Notes under the pieces: generated by a model | Seen by the model: the letters and a program-made list of their open reading frames with translations, nothing else | Told to the model about the DNA's origin: nothing | The model's database searches: none | From: Nitrosopumilaceae archaeon | GTDB taxonomy: Archaea > Thermoproteota > Nitrososphaeria > Nitrososphaerales > Nitrosopumilaceae | Direction of reading: 5' to 3' | DNA length: 64,000 nt | NCBI GenBank assembly: GCA_965209085.1 | Contig: OZ242376.1 | Coordinates: 960,001 to 1,024,000, forward strand | Program-made: the position numbers and the translations under genes | Part shown: one piece after another, positions 29,825 to 41,600 of the stretch | Numbering within the stretch: the first letter of the stretch is position 1 | Layout: each line of letters starts with the position of its first letter

Positions 29825-30954
29825 AATTTGCCCACATATCGGATTTACATCTAGGATTCTCCCAGTTTGGAACAGGAGAGCGGGCAGAGGATATTTACAA
29901 GGCGTTCTCTGAGGCAATTAAAATTTCCATGAATGAAAAAGTTGATTTTGTCGTATTTGCCGGCGACATATTTCACACTCCCACGCCTGATGGCACTGCA
30001 ATAATGAACATGGCGCACGCGCTAAAAAAACTTCAAAATATGCAGATTCCGGCATACTTTATCCTAGGCGATCATGACATAAGCCACGCAATGCTGCATC
30101 CTGTGCCGTTTGTATACGACAAACTAGGATATGCTGTACATGTCGGATTAAAGCCAGCATACTACAAAGGAGTAATGATAGCCGGCGTTGATAAAATGCG
30201 CAAAGGAGAGGTTGAGGAGCGTAAAGATTATCTTGCAGAGCTTGACAAGATTGCCGCGCTTCACAAGGGTCCGCGCATACTGTTGGCCCATCAGGGAATC
30301 ATCGAGGTGGACAAATTTGCATCAGAAATTTCAGCATCAGATCTTCCAAGAAATTTTGACTATTATGCAATGGGTCACATACATGAGAATTCTGAATGGA
30401 ATTTTGATTTTCTTGGCGGACCGCTTGCGTATCCGGGGTCCATAGAGGTTGTCGGCAGCGAGGGGGTAAAAGATGCAAAAAAAGGGTTTTACATTGTAGA
30501 GATGGTTTCAGGCAAGGCATCTTTAAAATGGACGCAGCTTGAAACACGGCAGCAGATTGTAATACATACTGATGCTGAATCCCTGGAGGATGAAATGGAC
30601 AAACTAGTAGATGAGATAGATCAGAGCGGTAAAAAACCCATAGTTGATTTGCGCCTGAGCGGGGTTGCAAATCCTGAAATTGTAAGAGCACAGCTTGCCC
30701 GGCTAGAGGGGAGGGTGTTTCACACATCATGGAGGGAGCAGCAGGATGATTCAAGTCCTGATATGCTGCTCTTGCGGCCCTCTGATACAGAATCAGAAAT
30801 GCTGCGTTTGGCATCAGAGTCTTTAGGTTCTGTAAATCTTGCCAGATTTGCAGTCATTGAACTCTTGAAGCCTTTGGCGTGCGCAAATATGGAAGAGGTT
30901 GGACGCATAATTTTAAACGAGTATGAAAATTACAAAAAGAGGCACCCATTATGA
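29821..30954 (+). CDS. mre11: Mre11 nuclease
   Basis: SDLHLG, AGDIF, GDHD, GHIH and YPGS phosphoesterase motifs. Confidence 0.94.
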   Translation: MKFAHISDLHLGFSQFGTGERAEDIYKAFSEAIKISMNEKVDFVVFAGDIFHTPTPDGTAIMNMAHALKKLQNMQIPAYFILGDHDISHAMLHPVPFVYDKLGYAVHVGLKPAYYKGVMIAGVDKMRKGEVEERKDYLAELDKIAALHKGPRILLAHQGIIEVDKFASEISASDLPRNFDYYAMGHIHENSEWNFDFLGGPLAYPGSIEVVGSEGVKDAKKGFYIVEMVSGKASLKWTQLETRQQIVIHTDAESLEDEMDKLVDEIDQSGKKPIVDLRLSGVANPEIVRAQLARLEGRVFHTSWREQQDDSSPDMLLLRPSDTESEMLRLASESLGSVNLARFAVIELLKPLACANMEEVGRIILNEYENYKKRHPL

Positions 30955-33041
30955 TAGAGTCAATTAAGATTATGGATTTTCTATCACACAAGAATACTGA
31001 AATATGTCTTGGAAATAGTACGTCAGTATTTGTAGGAAATAACGGATCTGGCAAATCAAGCGTGGTGGATGCAATTACGTTTGCGCTTTTTGGAAAACAT
31101 ACAAGAAAAAACAACAGGGGGCTGGTGCGCCGCGGTGCAAGTTCAGCATTTGTGCAGGTGATCTTTACAGTAGAGGGTACAAGGTATATGGCCAGCAGAA
31201 AGATAGGCGCAAAAGGCGAGGCGAATGCTACACTGCAGATGCACGATGGTGTACAATGGCAGGTGCTCATAACAGGAGAGCGCAGGCAGTTTGGCGAATC
31301 CATGACAAGCAGAGTTGAGGAGATACTTGGGATGGATTATGAAAAACTCCTCATTGCCGGAATCGTACAGCAGGGTGATTTGGCATTAATAATAGATGAG
31401 AGTCCAAAGAAATTCAAAGAGACGCTCAACGGGATAATAGGCATTGACAAATTGGATACAGCAGCTGCATCCATGGGGGATGCTGTAAAAAAATTCCGCA
31501 CCAATGTGCGCGAAAAACTTGGATTTGATGATTTCTCAATACCAAAGATTGAATCAGAGTTGACAGAGCATGGCAGGGAAACTGTACGTCTTGAGCCCCG
31601 TGTTATGGCGCACAACGAAAGCATGCTGCAGGCAAAAGATGAGGCATCAGAGTTGAAATTAAAACTTGAAAAAGGCAGGGAAAAATTAGATGCGGCAGTG
31701 CAGCTTCGTGCGCACCAGGGGGAGCTTGTAAGGTATGCAAAAGATTTGGCAGAAAAGATGCGCAAAGAGGTAAAATCTGACAGAGAAAAGATAGCCCAGT
31801 GTAAAAAATATCTTCTCATACGGGATTCTGTTCATAGTACAAAATCAGATCTTGAGCGTATAATGCAGCAGGAGATAATGGGCAGAAAATCTGTACAGGA
31901 CCAAAGATCCTCGCTTGCAGGGTTGGAGGAGAAAATGAATCTTGCCAGCTCTATGCATTTAATTGACGGCAAATGCCCCGTGTGCGATTCTGCAGTTTTA
32001 TCGCTTAAACCAATCTATGATGAAAAACATCTGCATTCTGCCATAAAGGGGGCAAAATCGCTCATTATTGCAGCAGATGAGAGTGTATCAAAACTTGGAT
32101 TTGATGCAAACCATACAAGAGATGAGATTGAAAAACGGCATGATGCAGATATAGAGCTTGGAAAATACAGCATAGAGTATGCAAAACAAGTTGATGCGCT
32201 GCAAGCGGATACGGATTTGCGCGAGAGAAAAGCTGATGCGCTCTTTGAGCAGATTAACTCTGATACCATATTGGTAAATCTTGCAATAGATGAGCGCTCC
32301 TCTCAAATTTACGCCAAAATTATAAAGCTGCGCTCCAAAGTTGCCGGATTCAACGAGGATGAATTCCAGGGCATATTGCGTAAGATAGAGGATGCAAACC
32401 AGAAAATGCTGTCCATACAAAAAGACCTTGGAGCTGACAGCGAGGCGCTAAAACAGGCCAAAGGGAATGCAGAGGTAAAATCAAAACTGTTAGCTGAGCT
32501 GCACGCTGCATCCGGATTCATCCAAGAGCTTGAAAAAATACGCAGCATAGTGTATGGGAGGGACGGGCACGTGGCAACCAGTCTGCGCTCCTGGGCGCTT
32601 GGAAGCATATCAAAAAAAACAGCATCGTATTTGGACATGTTTGATACAAAGGTACAGCGCATAGAGATGGAGGATAAAAAAAAGGATTTTACCATAAAAT
32701 GTTATTCAGGAACCACAGAGCTTGACATAAAATCCCTCAGCGGTGGGGAGCGCGTCTGCGTAGCCCTAGCATTGAGGCTTTCAATGGCTGCAGTTTTTGG
32801 CGCATCTAGAATGAATTTTGTCATACTTGATGAGCCAACAGCATACCTGGATGCTGAAAAAAAATCAGCTCTGGTAAATGCAATAACGCAAAGGCCAAAA
32901 TCGCAAAACAATTCCCAGATACAGCTTGTAATTATAAGCCACGACAGGGAGATATTTGAGAATACTGCAGTAGAAAACGTCTATTCATTTGAGCCTGACG
33001 GCTCGCTTCCGGATTCGCCGACGATTGTAAAATCAAAATAA
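30951..33041 (+). CDS. rad50: Rad50 ATPase
   Basis: Walker A GNNGSGKS, zinc hook CPVC, LSGGE signature and LDEPT. Confidence 0.94.
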   Translation: MIESIKIMDFLSHKNTEICLGNSTSVFVGNNGSGKSSVVDAITFALFGKHTRKNNRGLVRRGASSAFVQVIFTVEGTRYMASRKIGAKGEANATLQMHDGVQWQVLITGERRQFGESMTSRVEEILGMDYEKLLIAGIVQQGDLALIIDESPKKFKETLNGIIGIDKLDTAAASMGDAVKKFRTNVREKLGFDDFSIPKIESELTEHGRETVRLEPRVMAHNESMLQAKDEASELKLKLEKGREKLDAAVQLRAHQGELVRYAKDLAEKMRKEVKSDREKIAQCKKYLLIRDSVHSTKSDLERIMQQEIMGRKSVQDQRSSLAGLEEKMNLASSMHLIDGKCPVCDSAVLSLKPIYDEKHLHSAIKGAKSLIIAADESVSKLGFDANHTRDEIEKRHDADIELGKYSIEYAKQVDALQADTDLRERKADALFEQINSDTILVNLAIDERSSQIYAKIIKLRSKVAGFNEDEFQGILRKIEDANQKMLSIQKDLGADSEALKQAKGNAEVKSKLLAELHAASGFIQELEKIRSIVYGRDGHVATSLRSWALGSISKKTASYLDMFDTKVQRIEMEDKKKDFTIKCYSGTTELDIKSLSGGERVCVALALRLSMAAVFGASRMNFVILDEPTAYLDAEKKSALVNAITQRPKSQNNSQIQLVIISHDREIFENTAVENVYSFEPDGSLPDSPTIVKSK

Positions 33042-33554
33042 CTAGCCGCCGGTAAGCTTTGCAAATTTCTCATTTGTCCCCATTGTCTCCATAAACTCAA
33101 TGTTTGATAGTGCAACAACTGCAGAGTCGGCCACCGGTTTGTCTTTATCCTGCAGTGCGTTTTTTAGCGCATCTTTGGCCTCATTTGATCCGATTACTCC
33201 AAGAGCGATTGCTGCCTCATGACGGACAAACATACTCTCATCAGAGAGCGTGGATTTTACCAGTGTCGCTATTCCTGAGGCATGACCCATCTGTCCAAGT
33301 GAGAATGCAGCTTCGTGGCGGACAAGCTCGTTTGGGTCATCCTCTAGTACCTTTGCTATATACTGTATCTTATCATCCCCCCCAAAGTCCACTAGTATGC
33401 ACGTGGCGCGCGTCCGAATTACGTAATCTTTGTGCGTGAGTAGATGGACAAAGTATTCAGCGTTGCGTTTTTCATACATTGCCTCCATCTCTGAGAATAG
33501 TTCCATTCGCTCTTTTGGTATGATCATGTAAAATATCCATTTATTCTGATACAT
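33042..33554 (-). CDS. HEAT-repeat protein with two His-Glu motifs (DOHH-like)
   Basis: VRHEAAFSLGQM and VRHEAAIALG repeats. Confidence 0.85.
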   Translation of the reverse strand: MYQNKWIFYMIIPKERMELFSEMEAMYEKRNAEYFVHLLTHKDYVIRTRATCILVDFGGDDKIQYIAKVLEDDPNELVRHEAAFSLGQMGHASGIATLVKSTLSDESMFVRHEAAIALGVIGSNEAKDALKNALQDKDKPVADSAVVALSNIEFMETMGTNEKFAKLTGG

Positions 33555-33620
33555 ATTGTTTTACGCCCCATATTCAAAATCATATACCAAGAGTTTTTTA
33601 ATGCAGAAAATCCCGCATGC

Positions 33621-34280
33621 ATGATGCAGGCTGTTATAGGGGAAAAAGCTCCAAATCTTCACCTTTCTGAATGGGTTCAGGGTATGCCGACAAACTTTGA
33701 TCAGGAAAAAGATCATATTGTGGTAGTAGAGGTATTCCAGGTAAACTGTCCGGGCTGTTTCATGTATGGTATACCTGAGGCAATATCAGTATATGAGAAA
33801 TATTCATCAAAAGGCGTGCGTGTAATAGGGGTTGCCACAGCATTTGAAGATTTTGATAAAAATACACTTGAGAATCTCAAAATGCTGGCAAAGACTGGCG
33901 AGGTAATCGGCGATACAAAACAGGGTCTTGGAGATTATGGAAAATTAAACGGGGACAAACTTGGCTATAAAATACCATTCCCTTTGGCGATGGACGAGGT
34001 TGTAAAGAGAAATGCTCCAGTAAATGAGGGGGATGTTTTGGGATTTATACGCACGCAGATACCTGACTTTGATGTACAGTCAGAGGATTATAAAACCCAG
34101 GTTATGCAGCGTGCAAAAGAGCACCTTGAATCAAATGAATATTCTGCGCATACGTTTGAGAACTATAGTCTGCGCGGAACACCCTCAGCTATACTAGTGG
34201 ATGGACAGGGAATACTGCGAGATGTTACCTTTGGACAAGGAGGTTTGGAATCAGCAGTCAGCGCAATCCTTGCAGAGTAA
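33621..34280 (+). CDS. Thioredoxin-fold redoxin (TlpA/AhpC-like)
   Basis: FQVNCPGC and GTP motifs. Confidence 0.85.
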   Translation: MMQAVIGEKAPNLHLSEWVQGMPTNFDQEKDHIVVVEVFQVNCPGCFMYGIPEAISVYEKYSSKGVRVIGVATAFEDFDKNTLENLKMLAKTGEVIGDTKQGLGDYGKLNGDKLGYKIPFPLAMDEVVKRNAPVNEGDVLGFIRTQIPDFDVQSEDYKTQVMQRAKEHLESNEYSAHTFENYSLRGTPSAILVDGQGILRDVTFGQGGLESAVSAILAE

Positions 34281-34752
34281 TTTTTCCTGCCCCGTATCTA
34301 GTGTATATTGCCACAGCAGCAAACGCTGCTGCAAAAACATACAGCGTAGAGGAAAATTCTGGCAAATATGTGGTTCCCACAATGTCCAATTTGTAACCTC
34401 CCTTGCCTGAAAACTCTAATACTGCAAACGCTTTTTCTGCCCCCTGGTGCAGTATCTTTGGCATAATTTGTACATTATTTAGATAAAACGAGAGGTTGCC
34501 TCCGATGAGGTTTTCAGGTATGGTAATCTCCATTACGTTTTCAGTGACGCTTGTGTTAAAAGATGTGCTAAGACGCTTTGAATCACGCTCAAATTCGTAA
34601 GATTTTACATCAAATGTGGATACAGTCGTTACTGTAAAATCATATCCGCCAGTCTCAACCACGAATTGATTGTACAATCCTGGACTCTCCAACATGCCAT
34701 AGGATGCAGTAGGAAGAAACAAGAGTGAGATTACAAGCAGTCGTGCATTCAA
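34258..34752 (-). CDS. Secreted protein with a PEF(G)-CTERM-like sorting signal
   Basis: Signal peptide; C-terminal LPEF, TM helix and basic residue. Confidence 0.8.
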   Translation of the reverse strand: MNARLLVISLLFLPTASYGMLESPGLYNQFVVETGGYDFTVTTVSTFDVKSYEFERDSKRLSTSFNTSVTENVMEITIPENLIGGNLSFYLNNVQIMPKILHQGAEKAFAVLEFSGKGGYKLDIVGTTYLPEFSSTLYVFAAAFAAVAIYTRYGAGKITLQGLR

Positions 34753-34753
34753 T

Positions 34754-35206
34754 TTATGCTACCGAAAGGACGCGCGCTCGGAGTTCTTTATCTTTTGAGA
34801 CTCGCGGATGTGCCGGATCTGCTAGAATAATTTCAAACCAATAGTGCATTCCGTCCTTGTAGATAAAATACGAACCAAACAGTTTCATGTTTGGATATCT
34901 TTCCAAAACCCGGTTTTCTGCCACCTCTTTCATGCTAACGTCTGCCTTTATTCGTGTCACGCCAAGATGCTTTGGTCTGCGGCCTCCCCTAGGACGCTGC
35001 TTGCGCATGCCTCCTGTACCAACTCTGGCACGCACCACGATGATTCCCTGTTTTGCCTTGTATCCAAGTCGGTGTGCACGGGCGATACGGCTAGGATGAT
35101 CTAGTTTTACAATTGCTTCCTGACGTCTCCAGGCTATAACGCGGTCGCGTATATCGTGAGTGTTTTCCCGCCAAAGCTTTACCCATTGCGTGTCCTCACC
35201 ATGCAT
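34754..35206 (-). CDS. rpl15e: 50S ribosomal protein L15e (eL15)
   Basis: RLGYKAKQG, RRPK and FEIILADP.HP motifs. Confidence 0.95.
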   Translation of the reverse strand: MHGEDTQWVKLWRENTHDIRDRVIAWRRQEAIVKLDHPSRIARAHRLGYKAKQGIIVVRARVGTGGMRKQRPRGGRRPKHLGVTRIKADVSMKEVAENRVLERYPNMKLFGSYFIYKDGMHYWFEIILADPAHPRVSKDKELRARVLSVA

Positions 35207-35255
35207 GTATTTTGCTGATCATAGCTCCTTAATATCTCAAACGGGTCATATGAGA

Positions 35256-35329
35256 TGTCCATGAATGAGCATTTTTTATAAAAATCCGATCAAATTCATT
35301 CAAAATCATGCAACATGTCCACCAATTCA
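35256..35329. repeat. Orphan IS-end remnant, inverted copy of 5382-5454
   Basis: Direct sequence comparison. Confidence 0.85.
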
Positions 35330-35622
35330 CCGGGGTCAAAGCTGGTTTGTCATAACGGACTTGGTTTCCATGGCCTTACCACTTGATTTTTTGCTTTCAT
35401 TATAATCGAGGTTAACATTTGGTGTGATTGGCAAGATTTTTTCATCGTTTGTGCTTTGTTGATTTCATTAAATTGGCGCTGATCTGATCCAAAGCTTTTT
35501 CGGTCATTTACGTTCATGATCTAAAAGCTTTATGGTATGTTTTTGATTTTATTCATGGTCAAAACCCTCATAGGTAAAGGTTCATTATATTCAGCATTTC
35601 CAATTCTGTGCTTAATTATATT

Positions 35623-35654
<32 letters not shown>

Positions 35655-35659
35655 TTTTT

Positions 35660-38600
35660 ATGGTAACAAAGGTCAATATTCTAAAATTACAGCATGGAAA
35701 CATTGTTTTAATATTTGCACTTGTATTGCTTTCGCCGTTGCCGTTTGTGTCTCCGTTTTCATACAATCATCAACCAGCACAAGCTATGATTTTTGACAAC
35801 CCGCAGATTCCAAAAAATTTCATGGTGATTCCCACTGCATCATCCATAAAATTAATCGATGTGGAGCTTATCCATGATGTATCATCCGGGGGTGAAGTGA
35901 GTGGAAATATCTTTAATTTACGAATAGCAACGCGTGTTGATGCAATTGATATAAAAGAATCCGTCTTTGTTATGGCCGCATCCAATTCAGAGGGTTTTCA
36001 GTTTCTAAATGTAACAGACCCAAATAACGAGAGCATTGCCAGTAATTCAATTTCTACTTTTTATCGTGTTAGCCGCAATAATATTATTGCTAATGATTTC
36101 TCCGCTGGTGCTGTAGACATATCGCCAGTTAAAATTGGTGATTTTACCTATGCCTTGTTGGTTGTTAATTCTGGTACACAAGGTGGTTCGACGGGTTATG
36201 CCATACCTAGTGGCGATATTATTCAGATAAGAAATATAACTGATTTATCCCCCATTATTGGTCCAGCATATGTATCTGAGTTTAGACCAGCTAAAAATGT
36301 ATCATTTGTTACCACAGTCAAAATTGACGGTTCAGTTTATGCGCTGTCAACATCCGTTATTAATCATAGCGTACACATGACAAACATTACAAACGTTTCA
36401 GACCCAAGCGTGTTGTTTAATGTAGATAATAATACTGCAGGGTATGAGACACTTTACGGTGCGTTAGGCATTGCCACTGTACAAATAAACGGCGCGTATT
36501 ATGCACTTGTTACATCTTTTTATGACAGCGGCGTAACAATCATCAATATTACAGATCCTACAAACGCCTCCAGAGTGTCATCCATAGTGGATGAGACAAA
36601 ACTGGACAAGTCGTATGATATAACGACAGTTAAAATAAACAATTCATACTATGCGTTGGTGACATCTAGTAATACCAATAGTTTAACAATCATCAATATT
36701 ACAAATCCAGCATCCCCAAATTTTATCAACACCATAACCCTCAGCACCGAATATCAAATATTAGAGGGTGCAAGGGGCGTTTCCGCCGTCCAGATAAATG
36801 ACACGTATTATGCAATGGTTACAGCAAATATGGGTGTTCAAATTATAAACATCACCACTCCATCATCCCCAACTCCTGTCAGCGGCATAAAAAACGATGT
36901 TGTCGAGTATACGGCACTAAGTCATTCAACTGACATTGTCACAATACAGATAGGAGAATTAAATTATACGTTTGTAACCAGCTTTCTAGATAATGCCATC
37001 CAGGTAATAAAACACGGGTTCATCCTCGATCCTGATACTTATCCCATTGTGGTTACAAGTAATAACACCGACCCATGGTATGCCAAAGCAGGGGATAACA
37101 TTACCGTTCAAGTAAAAGTAAACAACACATTTACCACGCATAATGCGAGTATTCTAAATGCAACGCTGCAGACACACGTTGAAAATTCCAGCTATATGCT
37201 TAACGCCAGCGTGTTGGTTCCAAATTATGCAATCGGGGAATATGCCGCGTTTAACATTACAGTTGCAAACGGCATACACACGTTAACTATTACCGAAGAT
37301 GATCTAAGATATGTGAGAAATGTATTCGTAGATACTGTACGCCCAGGCATAACCTTAATAGATGATGCAAATTATATAGTGTACACTAATACAAATCCTA
37401 CAATTCCAGGAGCTAGTGCAACTGACAATGATCCAGGTTATTCTAATGGATACAGTGTATCTAGTAGCGGCCAACTAAATACAAGTATGGTGGGATCTGT
37501 TGTCACATATACGTACACGGCAAATTCAGATACGGCCGGCAATCGGGGTGAAAGTGTTACAAGAAATGTCACCGTAGCGTCCGGACCGCCAATTGATTTA
37601 GTTAATTTGTCGATATATTCAGAAGTGAACTACGACGGATCCAACGTTGTTTATGTTAATGAAAGTAAGAGGGTCTCTATTTTTGAAAACACGGATTCAG
37701 TCATTATAGATGGTGCAATGATTTGGGGTGTTGGAGGAAATAATACGAATAATGATAATAATCTTAATTTTACTTTAAGGCCAAATCAACAAACTATCAT
37801 TTTTTATTTTTATATGCCTCCCAATACTAATGGAAACATTACATTTTCCACGAGTGTTACAAGCAATTTTGGAAGCACGCTTGTTGTAACACAGGATAAT
37901 ATTACAGATGGGAGGTTCGTTATAGCAGATACTATATCTCCCGTCATAACACTCATCGGCAATTCAACTGTTACGATAAATGCCGGAGAAAATTATACTG
38001 ATATGGGTGCCAGCATTAACGATACGAATCTAATCCCGAACCCGATCATATCATCTAATGCTAGCGATGTGAATACAACCATTCCTGGAACGTACATTAT
38101 AGAATACTCTGCATCAGCAGATCTGGCAGGAAATAAACCCAGCAATGTCACAAGAGAGCTCACAGTCAATGCAAATCCAATAGAGATAACTTTGTTGAAA
38201 ATTGCAAGCTCATCCAACAACAATTTTGCGCGTGCCGGTCAGAATGTAACCGTTGTACTGGAAACTGACGGCTCTGATCTTGTAAATGCTGTTGGAACCG
38301 TATTGGGAAGTGCTTTTACAAACGTTACTGCAGGAGGATCGGGCAACTTTACAGTTACTGTCCTGTCCGGTGATACGAATGGAAACGCCACATTTTCAAT
38401 AACTGTTGAAAACTCTAGTCTAAATATAATTCTCATAACAGAAGAAAACATTACCGACGGTTCGTTTGTCACAATAGATACGATAAAACCCATAATTGTT
38501 TTGACTGGCGGTGCAGGTTCTGTACTCCAGGATGAGACATATCAGGATCCTGGCACCACAATATCAGATAGTAACAATGCATCATATGCAGGTTCCGTAT

Positions 38601-41600
38601 CTAACACATCATTAAACACCGCGATACTTGGCCCACAAAACATTACCTATACTGGCACTGCGGATGCGGCAGGTAACGTACCGGATTCAATAAACAGAAC
38701 TATCACAGTGCTGGCAAAACCGCTTGGTCTGAATTCGCTGACAATTGAATCAAACAACAATGTAAACACCTCTTTTGCCAAAGACGGGGATGTGATTACA
38801 GTAACGCTTGCTACAAACGGCACGATTGGTAATGTTACAGGAGTAATTGCAGGCAATTCTGCCACATATACTGCCACCGGTGATAGTGCATCAGTTATGG
38901 TAACAGTTGATGGAACCTTTACTGATACTGCCAGCGTCACATTTTCGATTAACGCATCCAACGCGGATAATCTTGCATATAAAATATTTACAGATACAAA
39001 TCTGACTGGATCAAATATTGCCATAGATACAATTCCACCTAGTATAACATTAAACGGTGCAAACAACACCATTGTTATCATGAATCAACCATATGAGGAT
39101 CCAAACGCCACAGCATCTGATGCATCATATGCAACAGGTAGCGTACAGGTATCCGGAGCCGGCAATGTAGATATTACAACAAATGCCATCTATACACTCA
39201 CTTATACTGCACCTAATGATCCTGCAGGTAATATTGGATCGGTCATAACACGGACTGTTACAGTGCAGGATGCACCGCCAATAAATGTTAACTCGCTGAG
39301 TATTGCAAGCAATTCTGGAAATAATTATGCAAATGCGGGCAAAACCGTAACCGTCACTCTTGTAACTGATGGTTCCGATTTGGGCAATATTACTGGAACC
39401 TTGCTTGGAAGGGCGTTGATAAATGATACAAACGGCGGCTCTTCTGTATTTACTGCCACAGTCGTATCCGGCGATAATGGAAATGCTACATTTTCAATTA
39501 CCATGACAAACTCTAGTGGTAACCGAATCTCAGTAACAAATGCTAACATCACAGACAGCTCATCTGTCACAATAGATACAGCAGATCCGCAGCTGCAAAA
39601 CCTGACCATATCCAGTGACAATTCAAACTCTACTATTGCAACCATAAACGATGCTTTAACCATAACAATTACCGCCGATGAGGCACTCAAAGGGGCAAAC
39701 GTTACGGTTCTAGGTACAACCTATACAATGAACATAAACAATGACACTGCAAGTGCAAACGTAACGGTAAACTCGACAAATCCTGAAGGAAACGTCACAT
39801 TTAACATCACAGCCTTTGATCTTGCAGGAAACACTCTGAGTGCAAATCACACAAATCTAAACTCTTCAAACGTCACAATAGACCGCACAAACCCACAGCT
39901 GATGAATCTGACCATATACAGCGACAACCATGTCCCATCCTTTGCAACCTTGAACGATAATCTGACCATAACAATTACCGCCAATGAGGCACTCAAAGCG
40001 GCAGACATTGCGGTTCTAGGTACAACCTATACAATGAACATATCTGGCACAACTGCAACTGCGACTGTAACAGTAACTGCACTATCTTCAGAGGGGAATG
40101 TCACCTTTGATATCACAGCAGCTGATCTTGCAGGAAACACTCTGAGTGCAAATCAGATAAATCTAACATCTTCAAACGTCACAATAGACCGCACCGCACC
40201 AAGTGGTGTAAATCTCATAGTTCACAGCGACAATGCGGACCCGACGCTTGCAAAGGCAGGCGATGTGATAAACATCACCCTAATGGCAGCAGAACCAATC
40301 ATGAATGCAACTTTACAAATATTTGATAATGACAATATAACCATGACTGTAACAAATGATACTGCGTCTGCAAACATTCCCGTCCCGCAAAATGCTTCAA
40401 ACGGACAGATAATGTTCAACATTACAGCAGAAGATATCTCTGGCAATACATTTTCTGTAACACAGGCAAACATCACATCCGGCGAAGTCCGAGTTGATAC
40501 AATAGATCCGAAACTGACAAACCTGAGCATATCCAGTGACAATTCAAACTCTACTATTGCAACCATAAACGATACTTTAACCATAACAATTACCGCCGAT
40601 GAGGCACTCAAAGGGGCAAACGTTACGGTTCTAGGTGAATTATATACAATGGCCATATCTGGCACAACTGCAACTGCTACTGTAACAGTAACTGCACTAT
40701 CTTCAGAGGGGAATGTCACCTTTGATATCACAGCCTTTGATCTTGCAGGAAACACTCTGAGTGCAAATCAGATAAATCTAACATCTTCAAACGTCACAAT
40801 AGACCGCACAAACCCACAGCTGATGAATCTGACCATATACAGCGACAACCATGTCCCATCCTTTGCAACCTTGAACGATAATCTGACCATAACAATTACC
40901 GCCAATGAGGCACTCAAAGCGGCAGACATTGCGGTTCTAGGTACAACCTATACAATGAACATATCTGGCACAACTGCAACTGCGACTGTAACAGTAACTG
41001 CACTATCTTCAGAGGGGAATGTCACCTTTGATATCACAGCAGCTGATCTTGCAGGAAACACTCTGAGTGCAAATCAGATAAATCTAACATCTTCAAACGT
41101 CACAATAGACCGCACCGCACCAAGTGGTGTAAATCTCATAGTTCACAGCGACAATGCGGACCCGACGCTTGCAAAGGCAGGCGATGTGATAAACATCACC
41201 CTAATGGCAGCAGAACCGATCATGATGGCAACTTTGCAAATATTTGATAATGACAATATAACCATGACTGTAACAAATGATACTGCGTCTGCAAACATTC
41301 CCGTCCCGCAAAATGCTTCAAACGGACAGATAATGTTCAACATTACAGCAGAAGATATCTCTGGCAATACATTTTCTGTAACACAGGCAAACATCACATC
41401 CGGCGAAGTCCGAGTTGATACAATAGATCCGAAACTGACAAACCTGAGCATATCCAGTGACAATTCAAACTCTACTATTGCAACCATAAACGATACTTTA
41501 ACCATAACAATTACCGCCGATGAGGCACTCAAAGGGGCAAACGTTACGGTTCTAGGTGAATTATATACAATGGCCATATCTGGCACAACTGCAACTGCAA

